IMG/VR virus record: IMGVR_UViG_3300020463_001735
Location: 16,187 to 80,186 of that record
Length of the DNA: 64,000 bases
Source: a virus
Reading direction: 5' to 3' (one strand)
The position numbers were made by a program, and so were the translations under genes. Below the pieces are notes generated by a model. The model saw only the letters and a program-made list of their open reading frames with translations. It was not told where the DNA came from and searched no databases. Numbering within the stretch: position 1 is the first letter of the stretch; each line of letters begins with the position of its first letter. Positions 40,808 through 51,369 of the stretch are shown here, piece by piece.

Positions 40808-43800
40808 TAGTAACCATATCCTCCGCTGGAACCACCGCCGCCACTGCTACCAGAGCCGCCGCCGCCACTAGAACTGCTTGAACTGCTTGAGCTACTAGAA
40901 CTGCTTGAGCTACTAGAACTACTTGAACTACTTGAACTACTTGAACTAGTGCTTGTGCTTGTCCTATATGAAGAACTTGCACGGGTAGACGTAGTTGCTG
41001 TTGTTGCACTTGTAATACCTGCATTAGCAGTAGTGCTTTCTGTCACTACATTTCCTGCGGCTTTTAATCTGCTTGCTGTTATAGCATCAATAATATCTAT
41101 ATCTGTGACTTGTGCTCCACTTATAAATATTTCATCTGTTTCAGATTTTATTTCATATAAACTACCAAATGTTTGTGTATCATCTTGGGGAACAATTACA
41201 AATGTTGTGAGGTCGGGTGCAAGTTGACTCATAACATACGCACTCAATTCACTAAAATAAAATCTTTCTCCAAAGTCCCAATTTTCTAAACTAAAAAATT
41301 CATTTATTGCACTGATAACTCTTGATTTGACATCGTTATCATTTAACACTTTATCAGGATTTTTAACTAATTTAAATTGTGCTTGCAAATCACCACTCGC
41401 TTTGTCTCCAAATAATACTTTATACTTTACAGGATGATATATTATTTCATCACTTATAGATTTTACTTCATTTAGTTTAACACCAAAATTTTGAAATAAT
41501 GCATCACTGCTAGGAGGTAAAGGTTTAGCAGTAATAGCGCCATCTAACCATTGCCTAAATTGTGTGTCAAAACTACGTGTAAGTATGTATGTGTCTACAA
41601 TGTTACTAGCACTAGGATCGATACGTGTGCTTGCATCTGCGCCATGTACATAATGAAATTTTAAATCAGCTCTGCCGATTTGAGCTTTATAATCATCTGT
41701 AATTGACAATGTACTTGTTGTTTTATCTAATACTTTAAATACATTTTCATCAACAAGATAAAATACTTGACTATCATCATATGCACTATATGCACCTACA
41801 GCGTTTTGATTTTGCTTTATTTGTATTTTTAATATTGTGTTACTAACATAATTAAAATCTTCTACTCCGTCTGCAGATTTCAATTTGCGTAAAAATATAA
41901 ATTTATTTAAAGGATTAGTAGTTTCATCTACTATCTCATCAAAAATTTGAGGATCATCAACCACACCATCATCATCTTCGTCAAAGAAACTTACTTGTAT
42001 TTTTTTTGAATTTACATAGCCTTCTGCATCTCTAAACTCTTCTTTTATTTCCCAATCAAAATCTACAGTAAAATTTGCTATGCTATCTGGCTTTTTGTTA
42101 ATACTTAACACACTAATTTTATCTTTAATAGTCTTTCCTGTGAGATTATTGTAGATCTTATCGCTACTATCATAATAAAATTTTACTTCTTGATCACTTT
42201 CAAAAATATACCTGCTACCACGATATGTAATTGTATATTTTTCACCATCAGTTTGGAATAATAGCAACCAACTTGCATCCAACTTTTGTCCTGATACATC
42301 TCCTGTTTTACCTATACTAAATGGTGTATTCAATCGTAAGTTTTCTTCTGATATTAGTTTCCATTCGCCGCTGGTTCTATCAAAACGTAGTCCAAAAGCA
42401 TTGTATGCAGTGACTTGATCTATAATTTGTGTCTGAACTTCATTTGTTATTTCTGAAGCAATGAAAGGTCTAATTTCTGTAAGTTGTGCTCCAGTTGGAA
42501 TAATATCATTAAGCTGTACAGCACCTATACCATCTTCGTCTACTGTTGTTCCATCGCCGGTGACAGATACTACTTTAGTCCATTTATATAATACTGCTTG
42601 CGGATGATCGGCCGCGCCTGACATCAAACTATGACTATTATCTGCCATAAAGTGTTGACCTGAAGGTGCTACAAACTTAACTAACGAACCAGGTTTTACA
42701 AACTGTAGAGTAGAAGTAGTAAATGAACCTAGTTGTATTTTTACACCAGCAGTGCTTTCAAAAATACCAGTGTTAGTATTTGTTGCATTTGTTTTACCTT
42801 GCCATAAAATATTAAGGTCAGTGATATCAATTTTTGGAAAACTATTAGAGTAAAAGTTTTTAATTAGTGTATTTCGTAATATAGGTTGTATGGTGTTGTT
42901 AATAGCACCACTTATATCAGTAGTGGTTGTAAAACTAAACATAGCTTTTGAATCTAAAAAGTCTTTATAAATTACACCGTCTGTTGCAAACATATTTGTT
43001 TTACTATACTTTCCAGTTGCATCTAAAAGATCAAAATATCTTGATATACCACTAGCTGTTCTGTTTACACTTTTTGTTTTTACAATTTCTTGGGAAATTG
43101 TTAATGGAACAATTTGATAATCTTCTGCTGTAATCATTCTGTTTTGTGTGTAATATGTAGCAGGTGCATTATTTTTTATACTTTCGCTAGTTTCACTTAC
43201 AGTAGCATTATCAACTGTATACTCTAATGAATATATAAAAGTTAAAGTTTCAACTCCTCCTGTTTTAGAAATATAAGGAACTTTTATACTGATGCCTTTC
43301 ATTTCATCTGGTGTGATAATCATACGCTGATTTTTACTTGTTCTGTAATATGTTCTAAAAGTACCTTTTGGTAAATTACCAAACACACCGTCTGAAAATA
43401 CAACTGATATTCTATCTTCGACCCTTGTCAATACACTATAAAAATTTCTAACACTTTTACTCAAACTATTATAAATTACATTATTTCCTTGAGTTGAAGC
43501 AACTTTTGACCAAAGTTCAATTTCTTGACCGTTTGTATCTAATTTGTATAACCATACATCTGTATCATTTACATTTACAGCATCAATAGCAACCACTTGA
43601 TTAGTGGTTGGATTAGTAATTGTAAAAGGTCCTTGGTCTAATGCACCTTGACGGAAGTGACTAAAAAATCCTGTGTTAGTGCTTCCATTACCTCTACCAT
43701 CATTTCTAAATAATATTGCAAAATTGTTTCCAGGAAATGGTGCTTCTTCTTCAATAACTCCATCACCTATATCTGTGCTTACGATTTCAAATCTATTATT

Positions 43801-44424
43801 TGCACCATTGACAGCTTTGTTAAAACTAAAAACAGGCACATCCTGATTTGTTGAATTAAATCTATATTGTTCTGTTGGTACTCCGGCTATAGTATCTTTT
43901 TTAAACGGACGACCAAATGTTCCATTTACAGGTAGTCCTGCGTTCATTACTAAAATAAACTGTTCATACCAATCTGGATTTGATGGATCATTCCAAAGTA
44001 TTGTTTGATTTTCTAAGTTAGTGTTGTTTGAGTCTATTATTTCTTCTGTGGTAGAAATACTTTCTATTTTCAATAGTCCGTTAGCGGCTTGATTTCTCTT
44101 TGGATTGTATGAAAGTAAACGTGCAAGACGTAACACACTTTCTCTACGCTCTGCAAGTTCAAGGAAATTTTCTCTAGCGTTTAGTTCGGTACGGAATGCA
44201 AGATTCTGTCCTAAATAAGCAATTAGATCTATTAATGCAATGTATTCACTAGATTCTATATAATCATTAAAATCCTCAGGATAATTTTCCCTGAGGTAAT
44301 TTATCATTGTTCGCCTTAAATTATCAAAGTCATAACTTTGAAAATCTGCGTTTCTGTAGCTTTGATATACTCGCTTCCAATCTTCTGCTACAAGTAATCT
44401 ATTTTGCCTATCTGTTGACGACAT
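40807..44424 (-). CDS. gp6: Baseplate wedge subunit, gp6-like
   Basis: DFDNLR..MINYL..NYPEDFNDYIESS, ENFL, LSYNPKR, QNRMITAEDY. Confidence 0.85.
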   Translation of the reverse strand: MSSTDRQNRLLVAEDWKRVYQSYRNADFQSYDFDNLRRTMINYLRENYPEDFNDYIESSEYIALIDLIAYLGQNLAFRTELNARENFLELAERRESVLRLARLLSYNPKRNQAANGLLKIESISTTEEIIDSNNTNLENQTILWNDPSNPDWYEQFILVMNAGLPVNGTFGRPFKKDTIAGVPTEQYRFNSTNQDVPVFSFNKAVNGANNRFEIVSTDIGDGVIEEEAPFPGNNFAILFRNDGRGNGSTNTGFFSHFRQGALDQGPFTITNPTTNQVVAIDAVNVNDTDVWLYKLDTNGQEIELWSKVASTQGNNVIYNSLSKSVRNFYSVLTRVEDRISVVFSDGVFGNLPKGTFRTYYRTSKNQRMIITPDEMKGISIKVPYISKTGGVETLTFIYSLEYTVDNATVSETSESIKNNAPATYYTQNRMITAEDYQIVPLTISQEIVKTKSVNRTASGISRYFDLLDATGKYSKTNMFATDGVIYKDFLDSKAMFSFTTTTDISGAINNTIQPILRNTLIKNFYSNSFPKIDITDLNILWQGKTNATNTNTGIFESTAGVKIQLGSFTTSTLQFVKPGSLVKFVAPSGQHFMADNSHSLMSGAADHPQAVLYKWTKVVSVTGDGTTVDEDGIGAVQLNDIIPTGAQLTEIRPFIASEITNEVQTQIIDQVTAYNAFGLRFDRTSGEWKLISEENLRLNTPFSIGKTGDVSGQKLDASWLLLFQTDGEKYTITYRGSRYIFESDQEVKFYYDSSDKIYNNLTGKTIKDKISVLSINKKPDSIANFTVDFDWEIKEEFRDAEGYVNSKKIQVSFFDEDDDGVVDDPQIFDEIVDETTNPLNKFIFLRKLKSADGVEDFNYVSNTILKIQIKQNQNAVGAYSAYDDSQVFYLVDENVFKVLDKTTSTLSITDDYKAQIGRADLKFHYVHGADASTRIDPSASNIVDTYILTRSFDTQFRQWLDGAITAKPLPPSSDALFQNFGVKLNEVKSISDEIIYHPVKYKVLFGDKASGDLQAQFKLVKNPDKVLNDNDVKSRVISAINEFFSLENWDFGERFYFSELSAYVMSQLAPDLTTFVIVPQDDTQTFGSLYEIKSETDEIFISGAQVTDIDIIDAITASRLKAAGNVVTESTTANAGITSATTATTSTRASSSYRTSTSTSSSSSSSSSSSSSSSSSSSSSSSSSSSGGGGSGSSGGGGSSGGYGY
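40850..40962 (-). repeat. Poly-Ser/Gly low-complexity repeat at the gp6 C-terminus
   Basis: Repeated 9/18-nt units such as GAACTACTT and GAACTGCTTGAGCTACTA on the + strand. Confidence 0.85.
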
Positions 44425-44447
44425 ATTTGCTTCCTTGTTCTATATTG

Positions 44448-44474
44448 TATTTATTATGATTGGAAAAGTGCGTA
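44448..44474 (-). promoter_or_regulatory. Late promoter with upstream TACGCAC element
   Basis: TACGCAC-N14-TAAATA upstream of gp6. Confidence 0.6.
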
Positions 44475-44481
44475 CTTTATT

Positions 44482-44931
44482 TTAGCCCAAAAAACCTGCA
44501 TTTTGATCAAACTGTAATTTTAAATTTTCAGATATATTATATGGCAAATATGATAGATCTATTTCTATTTGTAAACCACTTTCATATTGATCTATAGCAA
44601 CATTTGTTACTTGTACTCTTGGATCATAATTTACTATTGCTGTTACATTGTTAACTATTGCTTCTTTCAATTGTTCTGTTAAAGGATCGAATAATACGTC
44701 CCATATAATTGTTCCGAACTCAGGATCAGAAAGTTTTTCTCCTTGACGTATATGAAAATGATTTAATATATCTTGTTTAATAAGTGCAAGATCATAAAGC
44801 ACAGTTTCGTTATTTTCAGGGTTTACAGTAGAAATGCCTCTATACGCACGACTAGATACACCATATTGTGTACTTGTACCGGTGCCTTTTACCTCTATTT
44901 GTTTATAAAGTTGTTTTTCTTTTGTGCTCAT
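44482..44931 (-). CDS. gp25: Baseplate wedge subunit, gp25-like
   Basis: GEKLSDPEFGTIIWDVLFDP...YDPRV. Confidence 0.85.
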   Translation of the reverse strand: MSTKEKQLYKQIEVKGTGTSTQYGVSSRAYRGISTVNPENNETVLYDLALIKQDILNHFHIRQGEKLSDPEFGTIIWDVLFDPLTEQLKEAIVNNVTAIVNYDPRVQVTNVAIDQYESGLQIEIDLSYLPYNISENLKLQFDQNAGFLG

Positions 44932-44939
44932 AGTACTAT

Positions 44940-47486
44940 TTACCTTGTCCCTTTAACCTCTTGTTTGTTAGTGTTAACAGGCGGTAAAGGTTCTGCTTTA
45001 ACATTTGTGCCATCTGGCTCTAATGTGAGACTTGCCAATCTAGTAATTTGACCATTAATTAAATTATAGAAGTAACCTCTACCTGTTTTTTGTCTAAGCC
45101 CTGTCTGTGTAAGACCAGTTTTTGGATCAACAGCATCTGCATATCCAACAGCACTTTTAAATTGATTAGCTAAACTACTAATACTAGAGCTTGACCAGGT
45201 TATACTTTTAGACTTCAAATACGCAACAGCAATATCAGTTGCAATTACTGGATCATTAGCAAGGTCTGGGTTTTGTACAATGTTTGGATGACCGGAGGCT
45301 TTACCATATGTAGTGTAGTTATTCTTGAACGTAATTTGTATCATTCCTCTACCTCTATATTTGTATCCTTCGTTTGCGGCATTTCCATATCTACCGCCAT
45401 ACACCGTATTACCTATAGTAGCTGGCTTACGTGCAATAGCATTTGCTATTCTAACCTTATCAGCTCTAGTGACTTTTTTCTTAGGTTTATTAAATTCTTT
45501 AGCTGCCGCAAGTTTAAGTCTATAATCAAAAACTCTTAATAATGCACTCGCACTATAATTTAAAATTTCACTTTTTGGTTCAAAAGTACATTCATGATGT
45601 ACTTGTGCCATAGCCATAGCTACTGCTTCTGCATTGCCACCTTGTTTAGCACTTTTTGTTTCATCAAGTCCTAAGGCACTACAAAGTTGATTGACAAAGT
45701 ATCTTTCCATATCTGAAGGTGCTACTGGTTTATTTGGTTGTTCACCTATTTCACCTTCTTGTCCTGGAACAATTCCGTTGCCTTCAACTTCAACAGTTTT
45801 TCCATCTATTGTTTCTGTCTTATCGTTAGCCTGTTCTCGCCATTGTGTTGTGGTAGGACGTTGATCTTGATCGGTTTCAATAGGAGGACTAGCATTTCTG
45901 TTTACATAACTAGGAGCATCATTTGCTTTTGTGTTAGTTGCTGTAAAAATTGTTGGATTCAAATGCTCATGACCTAACCAAGGTTCGTGTTCTGGTAGTC
46001 TTACCGGAAAGGCAGCATCTAGTGCTTTTTTGGCTTTTGGCGCTACAACAGCTTCTGCTGCCATTGCGGCTGGAATGCTAGGATTTAAATCAATAGTTGC
46101 ACCAGTAATCTTTGTTGCTTTTGTGGTGTTTATATCTAATGTTTCTCCTTGTGCAAAACGTGTTGATAAATCGCTTTTTATATCAAGCATACCTTGTGCG
46201 TGTATTCTTGTATTTGTTGTTGACTTTACATCTAAGGATTCTTCAACAGTCAACTTACCATTTGCAGTGACATTAATATTTAGGTCTTTACCTGTGCTTA
46301 AATTTGCTGTATCACCTACAAGCATATTCAGTTCTGCACCTACTTGAAAATTCATATCTATACCTGTTTTAATATCAGTGCGTTGCCCTGTCCTTATTTT
46401 AGTGTTATCACCTGTATTCACATTAAAGTTTTTTCCTGCATACATATTGATATCTCTATCAGCCGCAATGTTTAAATCTAATTCAGTGTGTATGCTAATA
46501 CTATCTCTACTGTAGATATCTATTTTGCCTAAACTGGTAAGTTCTATCCAAGCAGTTCCTTTGGCATTACCTATGTAAATTAAATCTTCAGAGTTATGCA
46601 TCAACAGCTGATGTCCTGTGCGTGTACGAAGTCTAACTAATTCGTTATGTGGTACATCAGCAAAACCTTTTTTGTCTTTATCTTCTTCTACACTAACATA
46701 TTCTGCTTTTGTTTCACTAGCATACCCTGTACGCAAAATTGCAGGGTCACCGTCGTCCATAACAAATGTGGAACCACCTAATCTGTTGTAAAATCTTTGT
46801 GTACCGCCGGTTCCAGGAGAACCATATTGTGTCCTTGGTGCTCCATCTCTACGATCTTCAGGACCAGGTGTACTCCAGCCAAATACCATACTAGGTACTT
46901 CTCGTCTTGCACTAGAAGTAGTTGTTCCTCTAATACTGTCTTCAAATAATCCTTGTGTTTTTAAATTAAATTCTGCATCATCACTGTGAGGCTTTATAAA
47001 TTTTGTAGGATTTTTTCCTGCACCAGTTTCAATTTTTTTGTTGTATTCGCCTACAGGATATGGTTTTGAAGTATCATCATCATTATAGAATGAACTTGCC
47101 ATTCCAGGCAACATAAAGTTCATATATTCATCTTGCACACAACCGATCCAGTAACCTCTGCTTCGATTACCTTCAGCAAAAATGACAAGTACTTGCGTGC
47201 CTATATCTGGTGGTACTGCCCACATACCATAACTTTTTTGTGTGTACTTGTAACCTTTATTTTTTGTTAATCCAGCAAAAGGTGTTACACCATAAAAAGG
47301 TGACATATATTTTACTGTAATTATTTCTCCAGTACCTTGAGTAGAATTACCACTTTCCACTACTTTCAGTAGCTCAACTTCTAGTGACCCCATATATTTT
47401 GCATCGAGGTGATTAACAACTTTTGCAAGAAAAGGACCAGGATCTTTTATTATCTGTCCAGAGGGGCTTCTAGTTTGTTCAGACAT
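44940..47486 (-). CDS. gp5: Baseplate spike, gp5/VgrG-like, with C-terminal GH19 chitinase-fold lysozyme
   Basis: OB-fold PPDIGTQVLVIF, RTRTGH, beta-helix repeats; HE...E.LNYS...YGGRYGN...GYKYRGRGMIQIT..NY. Confidence 0.8.
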   Translation of the reverse strand: MSEQTRSPSGQIIKDPGPFLAKVVNHLDAKYMGSLEVELLKVVESGNSTQGTGEIITVKYMSPFYGVTPFAGLTKNKGYKYTQKSYGMWAVPPDIGTQVLVIFAEGNRSRGYWIGCVQDEYMNFMLPGMASSFYNDDDTSKPYPVGEYNKKIETGAGKNPTKFIKPHSDDAEFNLKTQGLFEDSIRGTTTSSARREVPSMVFGWSTPGPEDRRDGAPRTQYGSPGTGGTQRFYNRLGGSTFVMDDGDPAILRTGYASETKAEYVSVEEDKDKKGFADVPHNELVRLRTRTGHQLLMHNSEDLIYIGNAKGTAWIELTSLGKIDIYSRDSISIHTELDLNIAADRDINMYAGKNFNVNTGDNTKIRTGQRTDIKTGIDMNFQVGAELNMLVGDTANLSTGKDLNINVTANGKLTVEESLDVKSTTNTRIHAQGMLDIKSDLSTRFAQGETLDINTTKATKITGATIDLNPSIPAAMAAEAVVAPKAKKALDAAFPVRLPEHEPWLGHEHLNPTIFTATNTKANDAPSYVNRNASPPIETDQDQRPTTTQWREQANDKTETIDGKTVEVEGNGIVPGQEGEIGEQPNKPVAPSDMERYFVNQLCSALGLDETKSAKQGGNAEAVAMAMAQVHHECTFEPKSEILNYSASALLRVFDYRLKLAAAKEFNKPKKKVTRADKVRIANAIARKPATIGNTVYGGRYGNAANEGYKYRGRGMIQITFKNNYTTYGKASGHPNIVQNPDLANDPVIATDIAVAYLKSKSITWSSSSISSLANQFKSAVGYADAVDPKTGLTQTGLRQKTGRGYFYNLINGQITRLASLTLEPDGTNVKAEPLPPVNTNKQEVKGTR

Positions 47487-50137
47487 TATAATGTTCCTCT
47501 AATTCTATTAACTACTGTCGTCTCTGTTGGTTTAGGTTTACTACCCTTGTTGGTATCAGCACTTGTTGTAGTCTGGCTTGCTCCTCCGCCAGTAGAATTA
47601 GTTTTGCTTGTTTTTTCATCTTTCTTTTTACTAGGCACTTGTGTAGGATTTCCTGTTGGATCTGTGCTTTCATTCAAATTGTTTTGTTTATCACCATCTT
47701 TAACCATTCCATTTCCGTCTTGTGCTGGAACCGCCTTTGTATCTGTATCTTGATTTTTTCTACGCATACACTTTAGGCGCTGTGTAAACTTGCCGTCGGA
47801 AAAATCATTTTCAACTAGCAATACTTTATATACTCCGCTAAATGCTCCTACTGGCTTAGTTCCGAGTCCTGGAAATTCCATCCAATTTTCACCAGTATCA
47901 ATTGGAGTTCTGAAATTAAGTGTAATATCAACTTCACTACGTTGATATTCTATTGTGCCGTCTTTTGTCAAATTAATTGTTGCTGGATCTGCTTCAGCAT
48001 TATAATTACCCATTCCGCTATCAGCAATGTAGTATGGATCTCCCATTATAGTGAGATGAATTAAAATTAAATCTGTACCATTTGTTATTGCTTCGTTATA
48101 TTGCCTAGCCACTTGGTTCTGTGCATGGGTCTCACCACCCCCACCACCTGATGAATTTTGTGCTCCTGTGGTTTCAATAGTAGGGCTTGTTCCGGAGTCA
48201 CTGTTAGCATTATTTCCTTCTGCGACAGCAGTTGGTTGCTCCTCATTTCCTGCAACACTATTATTTTGTCCTGCTAGTTTACTATCTGCGTTTAGTTGAC
48301 CTTTGTCTGCATTAATTGCAAGAAAATAAGCATAATTTATTTCAATATCAAAATCTAAAATATCTTTGTTAGCACCAGTATATATGTAATTGTATTCTTT
48401 ACAAGTTTGTTGTCTTATTTGATCTATCCCAGGTGTTGCTGTGTTAGGATTGGCCATTGCACTTACATGGACTTTGTAGGGCACTAATTGATATACATAA
48501 ACTTTAGGATACTTGCCGTTAAAATTAACCCCTTCAGGTTCATCAACCATATAGATGTTTACTTCAACTCTATACCAATCTACCATTCCATTTGCATCAG
48601 GGTTGTTTACATTTTCTGCAAGTTTCCTACCATAATCTGATAAAATTACGACTTCTTCTATTATGTCTTGTATTTTTGTACCGGCAGCAAATGTAAAAGT
48701 TCTTTGATCTTCACTAATTGTTAAACTACCTCTGCTGAATACGCCTGGTTTATCTTTTACTTCTGTAAATTTAGGTTTACCAAAAGGAACATCACCCCCA
48801 TCTAAAAAACTTTTGACTATTTTAGAATTTCCTATGGCGTTAACGTTTATACTATTTTCTGCATTAGATCTTATTTGTTCACCAAACTCGCTACGTTTCA
48901 ACACAAAGCCCTTAACATTTTGCAGTTCTCTTTCTGCTACTTCAAGCATTTCGTCATCTTCTATATCTCCAAAAGCAAGTTTTATAGCCTTGGCTTTATT
49001 TGCTTCAGAAAATTCTCTAATCTCTTCACCTGCTTGTGAAAGTTTTGACTTGGTTGTAGCTCCTTGTTGATTATCTAAAGCTCCTAGTAGTACTTCTGTC
49101 ACACTAGATAATTCTTGCGGGAAAGCAATTACAAACTGATCTCCTCTCGGTGTTTGTTTAGCTTCTTCTTGTCTTACTTCTCGATCATTAAGCACAGTGG
49201 CTAAACTTCTTGGTCCAGATTGTAGTAATTCACCCACTGTTGTGCCGGTCAAACTAATATCTGTTTTAACTTTCTGTACTTGATCAGATAATGCTGTTTC
49301 GTGATAAGGCACAGCCGTTACATTGTATGAACTTCCACCTTCTTGTACATTAAATGTTACATTCATAAAATGCAATGGAAAAATACGCCTTGCTTTTGCT
49401 GGACGCATGTATTTTCCATCGTCATCAAATCCTACAAATTCAACACTAAGTACATATGGTGAGCCAACATAATTCTCATATCCTGCTTGTTTTGCGGCAA
49501 GATTAATTGTTTGCAAAAACATTCCCATGCTGTAGGGTTCAAGCACTTCAAAAGTTATATTAGTGGCGTTAGTAGCCCTACTACCGTCAGTGGGTGCAAT
49601 TACAGTTTTTATGTTAACATTGTCTATAAAATATTCTACAGCGCCAGATTGTTCAAAAGCAGTTCTAACCTTTTTTGGTCCTGCTCCTCCTCCTGACTTT
49701 AATATTAATATCTCAGGATCTGCATATCTATAGGTCAAGTCTGGATAATTTAATTCATATGGTGTCAAACATCCTAGTGTGAAAATATAATTCATACTAG
49801 AAAAATCTTCTAATTGGTTGGGAAATGGTAGGCTACCGCCTAGATCATCTATAGCACTGGCGCCGCCTGCTTGACCTAAATTACCTAAACCTGTTATTCC
49901 TATTAAATCTAAGCCGCTAGGCAATTTTACTTTGCCTGCAAGACTTTGAACAGCACTATTAACTGCCGCTTGTGCCTGGCTTTGAACTCCTGATAGTGTT
50001 CCGTTTATGTCAATATTTGCCGCTTGTTGAAGATTAGGAACTTTCGACTGTATTTCGCTTACAGCATTATCTAAACTAAGTCCACCTGCCTTTGCTCTGT
50101 TTAACAGATTCTGTGGTTTAAAATTTCCAATTGGCAT
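47486..50137 (-). CDS. Baseplate hub protein (gp27-like, putative)
   Basis: Lies between gp53 and gp5; EPYS, LTIMGDP and G.Y.V..V...F..G.FTQ.L hub-like C-terminus. Confidence 0.55.
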   Translation of the reverse strand: MPIGNFKPQNLLNRAKAGGLSLDNAVSEIQSKVPNLQQAANIDINGTLSGVQSQAQAAVNSAVQSLAGKVKLPSGLDLIGITGLGNLGQAGGASAIDDLGGSLPFPNQLEDFSSMNYIFTLGCLTPYELNYPDLTYRYADPEILILKSGGGAGPKKVRTAFEQSGAVEYFIDNVNIKTVIAPTDGSRATNATNITFEVLEPYSMGMFLQTINLAAKQAGYENYVGSPYVLSVEFVGFDDDGKYMRPAKARRIFPLHFMNVTFNVQEGGSSYNVTAVPYHETALSDQVQKVKTDISLTGTTVGELLQSGPRSLATVLNDREVRQEEAKQTPRGDQFVIAFPQELSSVTEVLLGALDNQQGATTKSKLSQAGEEIREFSEANKAKAIKLAFGDIEDDEMLEVAERELQNVKGFVLKRSEFGEQIRSNAENSINVNAIGNSKIVKSFLDGGDVPFGKPKFTEVKDKPGVFSRGSLTISEDQRTFTFAAGTKIQDIIEEVVILSDYGRKLAENVNNPDANGMVDWYRVEVNIYMVDEPEGVNFNGKYPKVYVYQLVPYKVHVSAMANPNTATPGIDQIRQQTCKEYNYIYTGANKDILDFDIEINYAYFLAINADKGQLNADSKLAGQNNSVAGNEEQPTAVAEGNNANSDSGTSPTIETTGAQNSSGGGGGETHAQNQVARQYNEAITNGTDLILIHLTIMGDPYYIADSGMGNYNAEADPATINLTKDGTIEYQRSEVDITLNFRTPIDTGENWMEFPGLGTKPVGAFSGVYKVLLVENDFSDGKFTQRLKCMRRKNQDTDTKAVPAQDGNGMVKDGDKQNNLNESTDPTGNPTQVPSKKKDEKTSKTNSTGGGASQTTTSADTNKGSKPKPTETTVVNRIRGTL

Positions 50138-50440
50138 TTATAGTCCCAATACTCTAAATAAAGACTCACCTTGCGGAATAAAAATTTCTATTCCTGGTTC
50201 CATATCATAAACCGGATCTTTAATAATATCCATGTTACGTTGTGCAAAAACCCAATACAAATTTTTATCACCGTAAAGGTCATATGCAAGTAAATCAGGT
50301 CGATATGCATATTGCGGTTCAATTGCATATCTAACATCATCTGAATTTTCAGGCACAGGCCTAATAGATAATAAATCTAGATACTGGTTGTTCTTAAAAT
50401 TTGTTTTAGCATATGCACTACTACTTCCGTATGTTGCCAT
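50138..50440 (-). CDS. gp53: Baseplate wedge protein, gp53-like (LysM-like)
   Basis: RPDLLAYDLYG...LYWVF..RN. Confidence 0.8.
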   Translation of the reverse strand: MATYGSSSAYAKTNFKNNQYLDLLSIRPVPENSDDVRYAIEPQYAYRPDLLAYDLYGDKNLYWVFAQRNMDIIKDPVYDMEPGIEIFIPQGESLFRVLGL

Positions 50441-51288
50441 TAGATGAATCCTCCATCTGCACCTTTTCCTAGTGATGCACCGCCTACAAAACTTGCTAGA
50501 CTAAATTGTTCTACTGCTTTCCTTGAATATATAGGTTGTAATGTAACTTGTATGTTGCTTTGTACAGGTACCCAAGCATTTATAGGTGATGGTACTTGTA
50601 TATAATCTACTTCTGAACCAAGTTCAACACTAAACTGTGTAATAACACAAGGCACATTATTAAACATAAAATCACCGTAACCTTTTACCTTTACTACAGG
50701 AGGTGGAGATCCTTGTTGATCTGTTGCTCCATACGCCATTTTAGTTGCACTTCGTAAAAAATGAACTGCCGCAACCCAATATGCACCTTCTCTTGCATTT
50801 TCAATGAAAAAATCTCCTACAATACTAAACTGTTCAACTCTACTGTTTTGGTATGCCATAAAGGGATAATTAGTATGTATAGGTTGTATTGCATTATAAC
50901 TAGCACTGTGGCTAATTAGTATCTGAGGAGTATAAGGAAAAATTAATCCGTTTGTTTCGTATAGGGGTTGTAAATATGGTGAAGATTCAAAGTTGTTACC
51001 TGATGGTAAACTGATTCTTACACGCCAATCATATTCATCACCTACAAAACCTACATCTGTAAATGGAGCAAATCTTTGTATTGGCATACCAAATCCTGGT
51101 AAGCCTCTACTACGTAATGCTTTACCAAATAGACTACCGGCAGCTTTAAGCGGATTTGCCTTAAAATCACTAAATGTTTTTGATAAATTTTGTTTAATAT
51201 TATTAGAACCTACAAGGCTTTCAACACTACCTTGAATGTTTCTTGCTTGTGATTTTAAGTTTGAGGCTACGGCCGGAAAATTTATCAT
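50440..51288 (-). CDS. Tail tube initiator, gp48/gp54-like
   Basis: FPYTP, GSPPPV, YG..MF.NVPCVI; heads the baseplate operon. Confidence 0.55.
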   Translation of the reverse strand: MINFPAVASNLKSQARNIQGSVESLVGSNNIKQNLSKTFSDFKANPLKAAGSLFGKALRSRGLPGFGMPIQRFAPFTDVGFVGDEYDWRVRISLPSGNNFESSPYLQPLYETNGLIFPYTPQILISHSASYNAIQPIHTNYPFMAYQNSRVEQFSIVGDFFIENAREGAYWVAAVHFLRSATKMAYGATDQQGSPPPVVKVKGYGDFMFNNVPCVITQFSVELGSEVDYIQVPSPINAWVPVQSNIQVTLQPIYSRKAVEQFSLASFVGGASLGKGADGGFI

Positions 51289-51310
51289 ATTTTTTGTACT
51301 CCTATGTAAG

Positions 51311-51337
51311 TATTTAGTTGACTTTTTAATGTGCGTA
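51311..51337 (-). promoter_or_regulatory. Late promoter with upstream TACGCAC element
   Basis: TACGCAC-N14-TAAATA upstream of the baseplate operon. Confidence 0.6.
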
Positions 51338-51346
51338 TATTATAAT
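51318..51346 (+). promoter_or_regulatory. Sigma70-type promoter for the late sigma gene
   Basis: TTGACT-N17-TATAAT followed by a GGAG RBS. Confidence 0.8.
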
Positions 51347-51369
51347 ATAACTATTAAATTGGAGAGAAA

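Noticed and set aside
40791-41227. Short ORFs over the gp6 3' end
   Set aside because: Alternative-frame by-products of the poly-Ser repeat
19887-51235. Many short + strand ORFs within the structural module
   Set aside because: Antisense to long, well-supported genes and lacking recognisable motifs
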